Shown piece after piece: positions 7,502-15,012 of a stretch of 21,757 nucleotides of DNA (its first letter is position 1; each line of letters opens with the position of its first letter). The DNA lies in contig JAKFCT010000068.1 in assembly GCA_036676495.1 (NCBI GenBank), forward strand, positions 1 to 21,757, given 5' to 3'. The notes beneath the pieces are model-generated. The model saw only the letters and a program-made list of their open reading frames with translations. It was not told the DNA's origin and did no database searches. Source of the DNA: Candidatus Sericytochromatia bacterium (GTDB lineage: Bacteria; Cyanobacteriota; Sericytochromatia; S15B-MN24; UBA4093). The translations under genes were made by a program, and so were the position numbers.

Positions 7502-8482
7502 ATGCATGCCATCGCCGTGACTCCGGGGGATCCTTCCGGCGTCGGACCTGAAATTCTGATGATGTTCCTGAGGGACCTGCCGCCTGGCGGGCCTCGTCCC
7601 GTGGTCTTGGGCGATCGCCGACTCTTGCGGCGCGCCGAGGAGACGGTGGGCTTCCATCCCCGCTGGCGGGAAGTCGGCTGGGGCGAGCCCATCGTCGGCT
7701 CGGAAGAAGTCGGCTTCCTGTCGGTGCCCTGGGAGCACCCGGATCTTCCTGAGCTCGGAAAGGTGGATCCGGAGGCCGGAGCTTACGCCTATCGGGTGCT
7801 GGAAGTGGTGGGGGGCGCGTTATCACGGGGCCTGGTGCCCGGTGTCGTCACGGGGCCGATCTCCAAGGAAGCCATCCAGCGCCGGCGCCCGGAGTTCATC
7901 GGCCATACCGAGTTCTTCGCGAACCTCGCCGGGGTGACGCAGTACGGGATGTTGCTGGTCGTGGAGCCCCTGCGGGCGATTCACGTCACGACGCACGTGC
8001 CGTTTCGGGACGTGAGCGCCCTGCTGACGCCGGAGCGCGTGCGGGAGACGCTGGAGCTGGCGCGTCTGAGCCTGGAGATGCTCGGTGAGCCGGAGGGGGC
8101 GATCGCCGTCTGCGGACTCAACCCGCATGCGGGGGAGGCGGGGCACTTCGGCCGCGAAGAGCTCGAGGCCATCGGCCCCGCCGTGGAAGCGGCACGTCGC
8201 GACGGCCTCCGCGTGGTCGGCCCGCTTCCTCCCGACACGGTCTTCCACCGCGCCTTGCAGGGAGAGTTCCAGGTCGTGGTCTGCATGTATCACGACCAGG
8301 GACATATTCCCCTCAAGATGCTCGGTTTCGATCGGGGCATCAACGTGACCGTGGGCTTGCCGTTCGTGCGGACCTCCGTGGATCACGGGACGGCCTTCGA
8401 TCTGGCGGGAACCGGGGCGGCCAATCCGGGAAGCCTCAAGGCCGCCTGGAGCCTTGCGGGTCGCCTCCTCAGCCGACCCTGA
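7502..8482 (+). CDS. pdxA: 4-hydroxythreonine-4-phosphate dehydrogenase (PdxA family)
   Basis: GDPSGVGPEI, GHTEF, GLNPHAGE, GPLPPDT, MYHDQGHIPLK and RTSVDHGTAFDLAG motifs. Confidence 0.95.
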   Translation: MHAIAVTPGDPSGVGPEILMMFLRDLPPGGPRPVVLGDRRLLRRAEETVGFHPRWREVGWGEPIVGSEEVGFLSVPWEHPDLPELGKVDPEAGAYAYRVLEVVGGALSRGLVPGVVTGPISKEAIQRRRPEFIGHTEFFANLAGVTQYGMLLVVEPLRAIHVTTHVPFRDVSALLTPERVRETLELARLSLEMLGEPEGAIAVCGLNPHAGEAGHFGREELEAIGPAVEAARRDGLRVVGPLPPDTVFHRALQGEFQVVVCMYHDQGHIPLKMLGFDRGINVTVGLPFVRTSVDHGTAFDLAGTGAANPGSLKAAWSLAGRLLSRP

Positions 8483-8623
8483 GCCCATGGCCGCGGCCCC
8501 CGGGGCTGACAGGCGCGTCGTCATGTTCCGAATCACTCAATCGCGTGTTGTCCTGAAAGCAATGAACGGCGTGTAGCTTGAGGTCAGGATCGTTTCGTTC
8601 ACTGGCCTCGAGGAGGAACGCGC

Positions 8624-8758
8624 GTGCTAGAAGAAGCCACTGCCCTGGTTGCGACCTATAACGTCGCTCTCATGATCGGCGTCGCGATGATCGGGATCGT
8701 CACGGCGACGATCTGGACGATCATCGCCAAGAAGCGCAACAGCCCCCCGTCTGCCTGA
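8624..8758 (+). CDS. Small single-pass membrane protein, 44 aa (not in ORF track)
   Basis: GAGGAGG at 8610-8616, then GTG 8624. Translates MLEEATALVATYNVALMIGVAMIGIVTATIWTIIAKKRNSPPSA*. One hydrophobic helix followed by KKR, and a hairpin immediately downstream. Confidence 0.75.
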   Translation: MLEEATALVATYNVALMIGVAMIGIVTATIWTIIAKKRNSPPSA

Positions 8759-8766
8759 TCATCCGT

Positions 8767-8813
8767 CGGGGGAGTCCCTGTCCACGGTTTCGACCCGGGA
8801 CGGGGACTCCCCG
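8767..8813 (+). terminator. Long GC-rich hairpin after the micro-protein gene (terminator or stabiliser)
   Basis: GGGGAGTCCCTGTCC...GGACGGGGACTCCCC, about 15-bp stem with one G-U pair. No U-tract. Confidence 0.5.
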
Positions 8814-8923
8814 TGCACCTGGTCGGCGTTAGCGGGACGCGCGGAGGCTCCGCGCGGAAGCCCCGATCGGGGGGCGACTCGGGCCGTTCGAGGCCCCGGC
8901 CTTGCCCGGCGAAGCAAGCCCTC

Positions 8924-8932
8924 TGTTAACAT
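8924..8932 (+). promoter_or_regulatory. Extended -10 promoter candidate for the S8 protease gene
   Basis: TGT-TAACAT in an AT-rich patch about 175 nt upstream of ATG 9107. Confidence 0.45.
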
Positions 8933-9106
8933 TAGTTTAAGCTGCCAAAAACCCGCACCGCTCCAGGAGAACCGCGCCGCATCCGGCCTGTGATCCCCTG
9001 ACTGAGCGGTGTTGTGGTTTTAACCCTCGGGTAAGCCCAGGTGGGAGCGCCGTTGCTCTACGGCGGCGGCCACTATGTGCGCTCTACCAGAATCGAGGAG
9101 TCTCTG

Positions 9107-10906
9107 ATGTTTACGCAAAATACCCGCCCGTTTAAGGCGATGGGAGCTCTCTTGGCCTTGTCGTGGCTCGTCGGTTGCGGCCAGACGCCTGTTTCGACGA
9201 CGGTCACGTCGGGCCAGCCCGAGGTCACCTGGCTCGCCCCCCCGCCTCCGGCGGAGTCGTACCGCCCCGGCCAGGTGGTGGTCAAGATGAAGGACGGCTA
9301 TTCGACCCAGGCCGTCTCCGGCATGCAGCGAATTCAGTCGATCTCGGGCATGGCGGGCACTGCCGTCTACGCCACCGAGGAGGGGGAGTCGGTCCACTCG
9401 GCCGTTCAGCGTCTGCAGCGGACTCCCGGAGTCGAGATCGCCGAGCCCAACTACATCTACCACGCGACGGCGACGACCAACGACCCGATGCTCGGCCAGC
9501 TCTGGGGCCATGCCAAGGTCGGCGCTCAGGCCGCATGGGATCAGTCCCAGGGCCAGGACGTCCTGGTCGCCGTGATCGATACGGGCGTGGATTACAACCA
9601 CCCGGATCTGCAGGGGCGCGTGGTGAAGGGCCCCGATCTCGCGGGCAACGACTCCGATCCCATGGACGATCAGGGGCACGGCACGCACGTCGCCGGGACG
9701 ATTGCCGCCACTGCCAACAACAACGCGGGGATCGCGGGCATCGCCTATAAATCGAAGATTCTGGCCATCAAGGTGCTGGGCCGGGACGGCTCGGGCGACA
9801 CCTCCAAGATCGCCAACGGCATCCTGAAGGCCGCCGAGATGGGGGCCAAGGTGATCAACCTGAGCCTGGGTGGCCCCCAGAGCTCGAGCGTCCTGCAGTC
9901 CGCGGTGGACAAGGCGACCCAGCAGGGAGCCCTGGTGGTCGTGGCCTCGGGCAACGAGAACACCTCGCGTCCCTCCTACCCGGCGGCTTATCCGAATGCG
10001 CTGTCGGTGGGCTCCACGACGACCTCGGATGCGCGGTCGAGCTTCTCGAACTATGGAAGCACCGTGGACATCGCCGCCCCGGGCTCGGATATCCTGTCGA
10101 CCACCGAGAAGACCTACAAGAAGCTCTCCGGGACCTCGATGGCGTCGCCTCACGTGGCGGCCGGTGCCGCGGTGCTGCTCGGCAAGAACCCTGCGCTGAC
10201 CAACAAGCAGCTTCGGGAGATCCTTTCGTCCACGGGCGACACGGTCTCGGGCTTCAGCAACTCGGCCGTCAAGCGGATGAACCTCGTCAAGGCGCTGGCC
10301 GAGGTCGGGTCCACCGCCCCCACGGTGCCGACGCCTTCGGATACCGAGAGCCCTTCGGTGCCCAGCGGCGTGAAGGCCCTGGCCGCCTCCAGCACCCAGG
10401 TGCAGCTGAGCTGGAACGCCTCGACGGACAATCTCTCGGTGACCGGCTATCACGTCTACCGTAACGGTCAGAAGGTCGGCACGACGTCCGGGACCACCTA
10501 TGCGGACTCCGGTCTCGCGGCCGGAACGGCGTACGCCTACACGGTGGCGGCGATCGACGGCGCCGGGAACGTCTCGGCTCAGTCCGCCCCGGCGAACATC
10601 ACCACGCCCAGCGCGGGCGCGCAGCTGACCATCAGCGACGTCTATCTCAAGAGCCTGAGTGGCAACGCGGCCACCATCGCGTGGAGCACCTCGGTGCCTG
10701 CCAGCGGACAGGTCGACTACACCTCGAGCGCGTACTACTACTACGGTTACTGGTGGACCGCCCGTCACGCGGGGATGACCACCGACCATGCGGTTGCCCT
10801 CAACGGCTTGAAGCCCGGCACCATCTACTACCTGAAGCTCACGTCGGCGGATGCCTCGGGTAAGAAGGTCACGGAAGGCCTCTACGGAATCAAGACCCCC
10901 TACTAA
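9107..10906 (+). CDS. Lipoprotein subtilisin-like serine protease (S8, thermitase-like) with C-terminal fibronectin type III domains
   Basis: RBS GAGGAG at 9095-9100. Lipobox LVGC. Propeptide YRPGQVVVK...AEPNY. Catalytic triad VAVIDTG, HGTHVAG, GTSMASPHVA. FN3 motifs LSWNAS, GYHVYR, YTVAA and a second FN3-like domain (IAWST...LKPGTIYY). Confidence 0.93.
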   Translation: MFTQNTRPFKAMGALLALSWLVGCGQTPVSTTVTSGQPEVTWLAPPPPAESYRPGQVVVKMKDGYSTQAVSGMQRIQSISGMAGTAVYATEEGESVHSAVQRLQRTPGVEIAEPNYIYHATATTNDPMLGQLWGHAKVGAQAAWDQSQGQDVLVAVIDTGVDYNHPDLQGRVVKGPDLAGNDSDPMDDQGHGTHVAGTIAATANNNAGIAGIAYKSKILAIKVLGRDGSGDTSKIANGILKAAEMGAKVINLSLGGPQSSSVLQSAVDKATQQGALVVVASGNENTSRPSYPAAYPNALSVGSTTTSDARSSFSNYGSTVDIAAPGSDILSTTEKTYKKLSGTSMASPHVAAGAAVLLGKNPALTNKQLREILSSTGDTVSGFSNSAVKRMNLVKALAEVGSTAPTVPTPSDTESPSVPSGVKALAASSTQVQLSWNASTDNLSVTGYHVYRNGQKVGTTSGTTYADSGLAAGTAYAYTVAAIDGAGNVSAQSAPANITTPSAGAQLTISDVYLKSLSGNAATIAWSTSVPASGQVDYTSSAYYYYGYWWTARHAGMTTDHAVALNGLKPGTIYYLKLTSADASGKKVTEGLYGIKTPY

Positions 10907-10920
10907 ATTAAGCCCGAAAC

Positions 10921-10953
10921 GAATCCCCGCAACCCTCTGGGTTGCGGGGATTC
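10921..10953. terminator. Probable bidirectional terminator between convergent genes
   Basis: Perfect 15-bp inverted repeat GAATCCCCGCAACCC-TCT-GGGTTGCGGGGATTC. Confidence 0.8.
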
Positions 10954-11008
10954 AAGTTTGCTGGCCGCGTGGCCTTTCGAAGGGCCGCGCGAGTGCGGCG
11001 GATGGGGC

Positions 11009-11908
11009 TCAGCGCAAGCTCTGGCGCAGGTTGAGAAGGGCCCGGGTCTGGGCATCGGATCGGGGCAGGGAGTCGATCCGCTCGAGGATCGTCCGGGCGG
11101 CGGCCGGGTCCCCTTCCGCAAGGCGGGCCCTGGCCTGTGTCAGGGCCTGATCCACGGCCTTCGGTCCCCATTCACCGAGCAGGGCCTTCGCCTTGGGTAG
11201 CCAATCGGGATCGCGGATGCCTTGGATGGCCAGGACCGCATCGAGGTAATGCCCCTTGGCGGCGAGATCGTAGGCCCGGTAGACGGCCGCTTCCGGATCG
11301 GGAGTCGGAGCGGGCGTCGGGGTGGGCCGGGGGGAGGGAACTCCCCAGGGCGTTACGCTAGGCTCCGGCAAGGGTGTCGGAGATGGTCTCGAAGTCGGAG
11401 ACGGCGGCGCGGGGATGGGCGAGGCCCCGGGGGTGGGAGCCGCGCTGGGAGCCGCACTGGGAGCCGGAACGGGCGCGGCGTTCGGCGCGCGGGGCGTGCT
11501 TTCGAGTGCGGTCTGCCGGGCCTGGAGGTTCAGGTAGGCATCCAGGGTGCTGAGCGCGCCGCCAGCAAGCCAGCTCCAGCCCACGGCATTGAGGATGATG
11601 AGGGCGTGGCTCTCGTCCGGGATGAACGATTCTGGCCAGTAGATCTGGCGGAACAGGTAGTAGGCCCCGATGCTGAGGGCAGCCGTTCCGCCCAGGTAGG
11701 CTCCGGCCTTGAGGGGTTCGTTGAGGAAGAGCTGGGGGGTGCCGGGGGCCAGCAGGCCGAGGTAGGGAAGGTGAGCAGGAGGGCCGCCGGCCGGTAGCGC
11801 GATCGAGGTGCTCGCCGCAGGGGGGACGGGCCGCGGCGCTTCCACCGCCCCCGCGGGGAGGGCGTGCAGCGGAAGCAGGATGGTCGCGATGCAAGCGATT
11901 CGGTGCAT
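11009..11908 (-). CDS. Hypothetical secreted/membrane protein: signal peptide, hydrophobic helices, Pro/Ser/Thr-rich linker, C-terminal TPR-like helices
   Basis: C-terminal part of the 11009..13123 ORF; the upstream part is antisense to the amidohydrolase. Signal peptide MHRIACIATILLPLHALPAGA. Start supported by a promoter directly upstream (alternative start 11917). Confidence 0.75.
   Translation of the reverse strand: MHRIACIATILLPLHALPAGAVEAPRPVPPAASTSIALPAGGPPAHLPYLGLLAPGTPQLFLNEPLKAGAYLGGTAALSIGAYYLFRQIYWPESFIPDESHALIILNAVGWSWLAGGALSTLDAYLNLQARQTALESTPRAPNAAPVPAPSAAPSAAPTPGASPIPAPPSPTSRPSPTPLPEPSVTPWGVPSPRPTPTPAPTPDPEAAVYRAYDLAAKGHYLDAVLAIQGIRDPDWLPKAKALLGEWGPKAVDQALTQARARLAEGDPAAARTILERIDSLPRSDAQTRALLNLRQSLR
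11434..11466. repeat. 12-bp tandem repeat (about 2.75 copies) encoding PSAA-type linker repeats
   Basis: TGGGAGCCGCGC TGGGAGCCGCAC TGGGAGCCG. Confidence 0.7.
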
Positions 11909-11915
11909 GCTCCGC

Positions 11916-11956
11916 ATGGTAGCTTGCTTCACGCAGGCTGGCAAGGGGGCTATGAT
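11916..11956. promoter_or_regulatory. Overlapping divergent sigma70-type promoters
   Basis: Minus strand: TTGCCA (11944-11939)-N17-TACCAT (11921-11916)-7 nt-ATG 11908. Plus strand: TTCACG (11928-11933)-N17-TATGAT (11951-11956). Confidence 0.55.
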
Positions 11957-12031
11957 TCTGATAGAATCCTCTTCTGAGCCCCTCGGGGCCTTTTTCATGG
12001 TTGGGAGCCCTTCATGCCACAGGAGCACGCC

Positions 12032-13192
12032 GTGTTCGCCATCACCCGCGCAGAGATTCACCCCATTTCGGGGCCGGTCATCCCGTCTGGAACGGTTCTG
12101 GTCGTGGACGGCAAGATCCAGGCGATCGGCCCGGATGTGGCGCTTCCCGAGGGCTGCCGGGTGATTGACGCGGACGGGGCGACCCTCGTCCCGGGCTTCA
12201 TCGATGCGCATTGCCACGTGGGCCTCTGGGAAGAGGGCATCAAGTTCGAGGGGGACGACGGCAACGAGATGACCGATCCCGTGACGCCGCACATGCGGGC
12301 CCTCGACGGCATCAACCCCCAGGACCTTGGCTTCGAGGACGCGCGCTCGGCCGGGGTGACCACGCTCTACGTGCTGCCGGGGTCGGCCAACGTCATCGGA
12401 GGACAGCCCGTTTGCCTCAAAACCGCCGGGGTCGCCATTGACGAGATGGCCATCCGGCAGCCGGCCGGCCTCAAGGTGGCCTTCGGAGAGAATCCGAAGC
12501 GGGTCTACCACTCCAAGAACAAGATGCCGACCACGCGCATGGGTATCGCGGCCCTGATGCGCCAGAGCTTCGTGGATGCCCAGACCTACGCCCGCAAGGT
12601 GGAGCGGGCCAAGGAGTCGGGAGAGCCGGGACCGGATCGCGACCTGCGCCTGGAGGCGATCGCCCTCTCCCTCGCTCGGCGGGTACCCATGCGGGCCCAT
12701 GCGCACCGCACCGACGATATCCTCACGGCCATCCGGATTGCCGAGGAGTTCAACCTCGATCTGGTCGTCGAGCACTGCACCGAGGGGCATAAAATCGCCC
12801 CCTTGCTCGCGGAGAAGGGCGTTCGCGCCGTCGTCGGCCCATCGATGTCCTGCCGCTCCAAGGTGGAGCTGCGCGAGCGGAACTACGAGACCGCGGCGAT
12901 CCTCCAGAAAGCCGGGGTGATGGTGGCGATCATGACCGATCATCCGGTCGTTCCGATTCATCACCTGACGCTTTGCGCGGCCTTGGCCGCGAAGGCGGGC
13001 ATGGGCCGGGAGGCGGCGCTTGCGGGCATCACCCTGAACGCCGCCCGGATCTGCGGGGTGGACCACCGGGTGGGCTCGTTGGAGCCCGGCAAGGACGCTG
13101 ACATGGTCTTGCTGAGCGGTCATCCCTTCGAGATCGAGACCGACGTCCTCACGACCTGGATCGATGGCCAGGTCGTCTACCAGCGCGCGTGA
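12032..13192 (+). CDS. Metal-dependent amidohydrolase (imidazolonepropionase-like superfamily), substrate unknown
   Basis: PGFIDAHCH, GLKVAFGENPK, RAHAH, EHCTEG, TDHP, GSLEPGKDAD. GTG 12032 follows AGGAG (12021-12025); ATG 12014 is an alternative start. Confidence 0.9.
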   Translation: MFAITRAEIHPISGPVIPSGTVLVVDGKIQAIGPDVALPEGCRVIDADGATLVPGFIDAHCHVGLWEEGIKFEGDDGNEMTDPVTPHMRALDGINPQDLGFEDARSAGVTTLYVLPGSANVIGGQPVCLKTAGVAIDEMAIRQPAGLKVAFGENPKRVYHSKNKMPTTRMGIAALMRQSFVDAQTYARKVERAKESGEPGPDRDLRLEAIALSLARRVPMRAHAHRTDDILTAIRIAEEFNLDLVVEHCTEGHKIAPLLAEKGVRAVVGPSMSCRSKVELRERNYETAAILQKAGVMVAIMTDHPVVPIHHLTLCAALAAKAGMGREAALAGITLNAARICGVDHRVGSLEPGKDADMVLLSGHPFEIETDVLTTWIDGQVVYQRA

Positions 13193-14532
13193 TGAGCACC
13201 TCTGCCAAAGGACCCAAGAAGCCGGCTCCTCCGCCTGCGCGCAAGCAAGGGCGATGGGGCTGGTTCTTCGTGGCGGGCTGTCTGGTCAGTGCCTTGGTCG
13301 GCTCGGGGACGGCTTTCGGCCTCAAGCAGGCGGGATTTCTGCCCGATGCGCCGTCGGACCTGAAGCTCAGCGACATTCCCCAGGTTTTCTCACGCATCGA
13401 GCGCACCAACATCCTGATCCTCGGGGCGGACGTCGAGTACTCGCGTCGCGGCAAGGTCCTGCCGACGCGCTCGGACACCCTCCTCGTGGCGTCGCTGGAC
13501 CCGGTCCAGAAGCGGGTGAACGTGCTTTCAGTGCCGCGGGATACGCGCGTGCACATTCCCGGTCGCCATGGCTACGACAAGATCAACGCGGCCCTGGCCT
13601 ACGGGGGGCCGCTGCTGACGGCGCAGACGGTCTCGGATTTCCTGCAGGTGCCGATTCATCACTGGGTGATGGTGAAGCTCGACGGGGTGGAGAACCTGGT
13701 GGACGCCCTGGGCGGGGTGGAAATCGACGTCGAGCGCAACATGCAGTATTACGACCGCTCGGCGGGTCTGCGGATCTCGCTGAAGAAGGGCCCGCAGATC
13801 CTGGACGGGGCGAAGGCGCATCAGTACATCCGCTTCCGGCATGACGCCTACGGGGACATCGGGCGGGTGCAGCGGCAGCAGCGCTTCATGCAGGCGCTCA
13901 CGACCAAGCTTCTCGATCCCATGACGATTACCCGGTTGCCGCAGCTGCTCGAAGTGGCGCAGGCGAACGTGGAGACGTCGATGTCGACGCCTCAGCTCTT
14001 CCAGTACGCCAACTGGGCGAAGGGGCTGACGCTGGACGCGGTTCACATGGTCATGGTGCCCGGGGAGTTCTCGGGCGAGCGCTATACGGCAAGCTACTGG
14101 CTGCCCGACGTGAACGAGGCCCGGCGGATCGCCCGGACCATGCTGACCGACGAGACCGTGCAGGCAGGCGGCCCGGTGTTGACCGGGGTCGCGACGGTCT
14201 CGGCCGAGGTCAAGCGGGAGACCCGGATCACGGTCCTGAACGGGACCGGCCGCACGGGGATCGCCAACGAGGCGGCGCAGCTGCTGCGCTCGGACGGCTG
14301 GACGGTCTGGACGGTCTCGACGCATCGCAGCTCGGACGTGGCCACGACCCAGATCATCTCCCAGAAGGGGGATGATGCGGTGGGCGGGGCGATCGCCTAT
14401 ACCCTCGGGGTGCAGGCGGAAGCCGTCTCGGCCAGCGTCGGAGACATCCAGACCGATTTCACCGTGGTGCTCGGTCAGGACTTCCTCGAAGCCCTGCGCA
14501 GCCCGCGGGTGAGCCGCGCCCCGGAGCGCTGA
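13192..14532 (+). CDS. LCP (LytR-CpsA-Psr) family cell-envelope phosphotransferase with LytR C-terminal domain
   Basis: N-terminal TM helix. NILILGAD, RSDT, SVPRDT, KINAA, RFRHD, DIGRVQRQQ. LytR_C motifs VLNGTG and DFTVVLGQDF. ATG overlaps the upstream stop (TGATG); GTG 13189 is an alternative. Confidence 0.93.
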   Translation: MSTSAKGPKKPAPPPARKQGRWGWFFVAGCLVSALVGSGTAFGLKQAGFLPDAPSDLKLSDIPQVFSRIERTNILILGADVEYSRRGKVLPTRSDTLLVASLDPVQKRVNVLSVPRDTRVHIPGRHGYDKINAALAYGGPLLTAQTVSDFLQVPIHHWVMVKLDGVENLVDALGGVEIDVERNMQYYDRSAGLRISLKKGPQILDGAKAHQYIRFRHDAYGDIGRVQRQQRFMQALTTKLLDPMTITRLPQLLEVAQANVETSMSTPQLFQYANWAKGLTLDAVHMVMVPGEFSGERYTASYWLPDVNEARRIARTMLTDETVQAGGPVLTGVATVSAEVKRETRITVLNGTGRTGIANEAAQLLRSDGWTVWTVSTHRSSDVATTQIISQKGDDAVGGAIAYTLGVQAEAVSASVGDIQTDFTVVLGQDFLEALRSPRVSRAPER

Positions 14533-14551
14533 CGGGGCGCGGCCGGACCGC

Positions 14552-14833
14552 CTATCCCGGTTCGCCGAGCCGATCGCGGAGCGCCTTGCCGGCCGTGAAG
14601 GCCGGGGTCTTGCGCGCCTTGATCTGGATGGTTTCGCCCGTGCGGGGGTTCTTGCCCTGCCGGGCCGCCCTTTCCCGGACGGCGAAGGTTCCGAAGCCCA
14701 CCAAGGTGACCTTCTCGTCCTTGGCGAGCGCCTCGGTAATGGTTTCGAAGGCCGCGGACACCAGTTGCTCGGCAGTCTTCTTGGGCATCTGGGTCTTCTG
14801 CGCGACCGTGGTGACCAATTCGTCCTTGTTCAC
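14552..14833 (-). CDS. hup: HU family DNA-binding protein
   Basis: GTG start (MNKDELV), LVGFGTF, RAARQGKNPRTGE, PAFTAGKALRD. 93 aa. G-rich RBS-like sequence upstream. Confidence 0.95.
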   Translation of the reverse strand: MNKDELVTTVAQKTQMPKKTAEQLVSAAFETITEALAKDEKVTLVGFGTFAVRERAARQGKNPRTGETIQIKARKTPAFTAGKALRDRLGEPG

Positions 14834-14948
14834 CCTAGCACCCCCTTCATCACGACGGGTTTCGACTCTCCCCCCTTTTAGCACAAGGTCCCGCCGCGCG
14901 TCACCGCAAGAGCGGAGATTTCGAAGGCCCGCCAGCACGGTCTCTTCC

Positions 14949-14978
14949 TTGCTTTCCTCCCTTTCCCTGGTGTAACAT
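14949..14978 (+). promoter_or_regulatory. Promoter candidate for the gmk-rpoZ-coaBC-priA operon
   Basis: TTGCTT (14949-14954)-N18-TAACAT (14973-14978). Confidence 0.45.
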
Positions 14979-15012
14979 GGACCCTCACCCGCCCATGAGA
15001 AGAGATGGACCC

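Noticed and set aside
8515-8530. TCGTCAT, resembling part of a yybP-ykoY Mn riboswitch upstream of the micro-protein
   Set aside because: No upstream GGGGAGTA element or closing GAGACC stem.
9018-9090. Resemblance to a c-di-GMP-I riboswitch or twister ribozyme (TAAC, AAGCCC, CTCTACGG...CTATG)
   Set aside because: Core elements are missing (GGCAAA, GAAA tetraloop and GACGCAAA for c-di-GMP-I; the pseudoknot pairings for twister).
9020-10789. 589-aa antisense ORF over the S8 protease
   Set aside because: Antisense shadow with no recognisable domain or RBS.
11918-13123. N-terminal ~400 aa of the 704-aa minus-strand ORF
   Set aside because: Antisense to the amidohydrolase. The real gene begins at about 11908 with a signal peptide and promoter.
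14977-15012. ORF-track start for gmk at ATG 14977
   Set aside because: It overlaps the probable -10 hexamer TAACAT and has no RBS, so a downstream start is more plausible.
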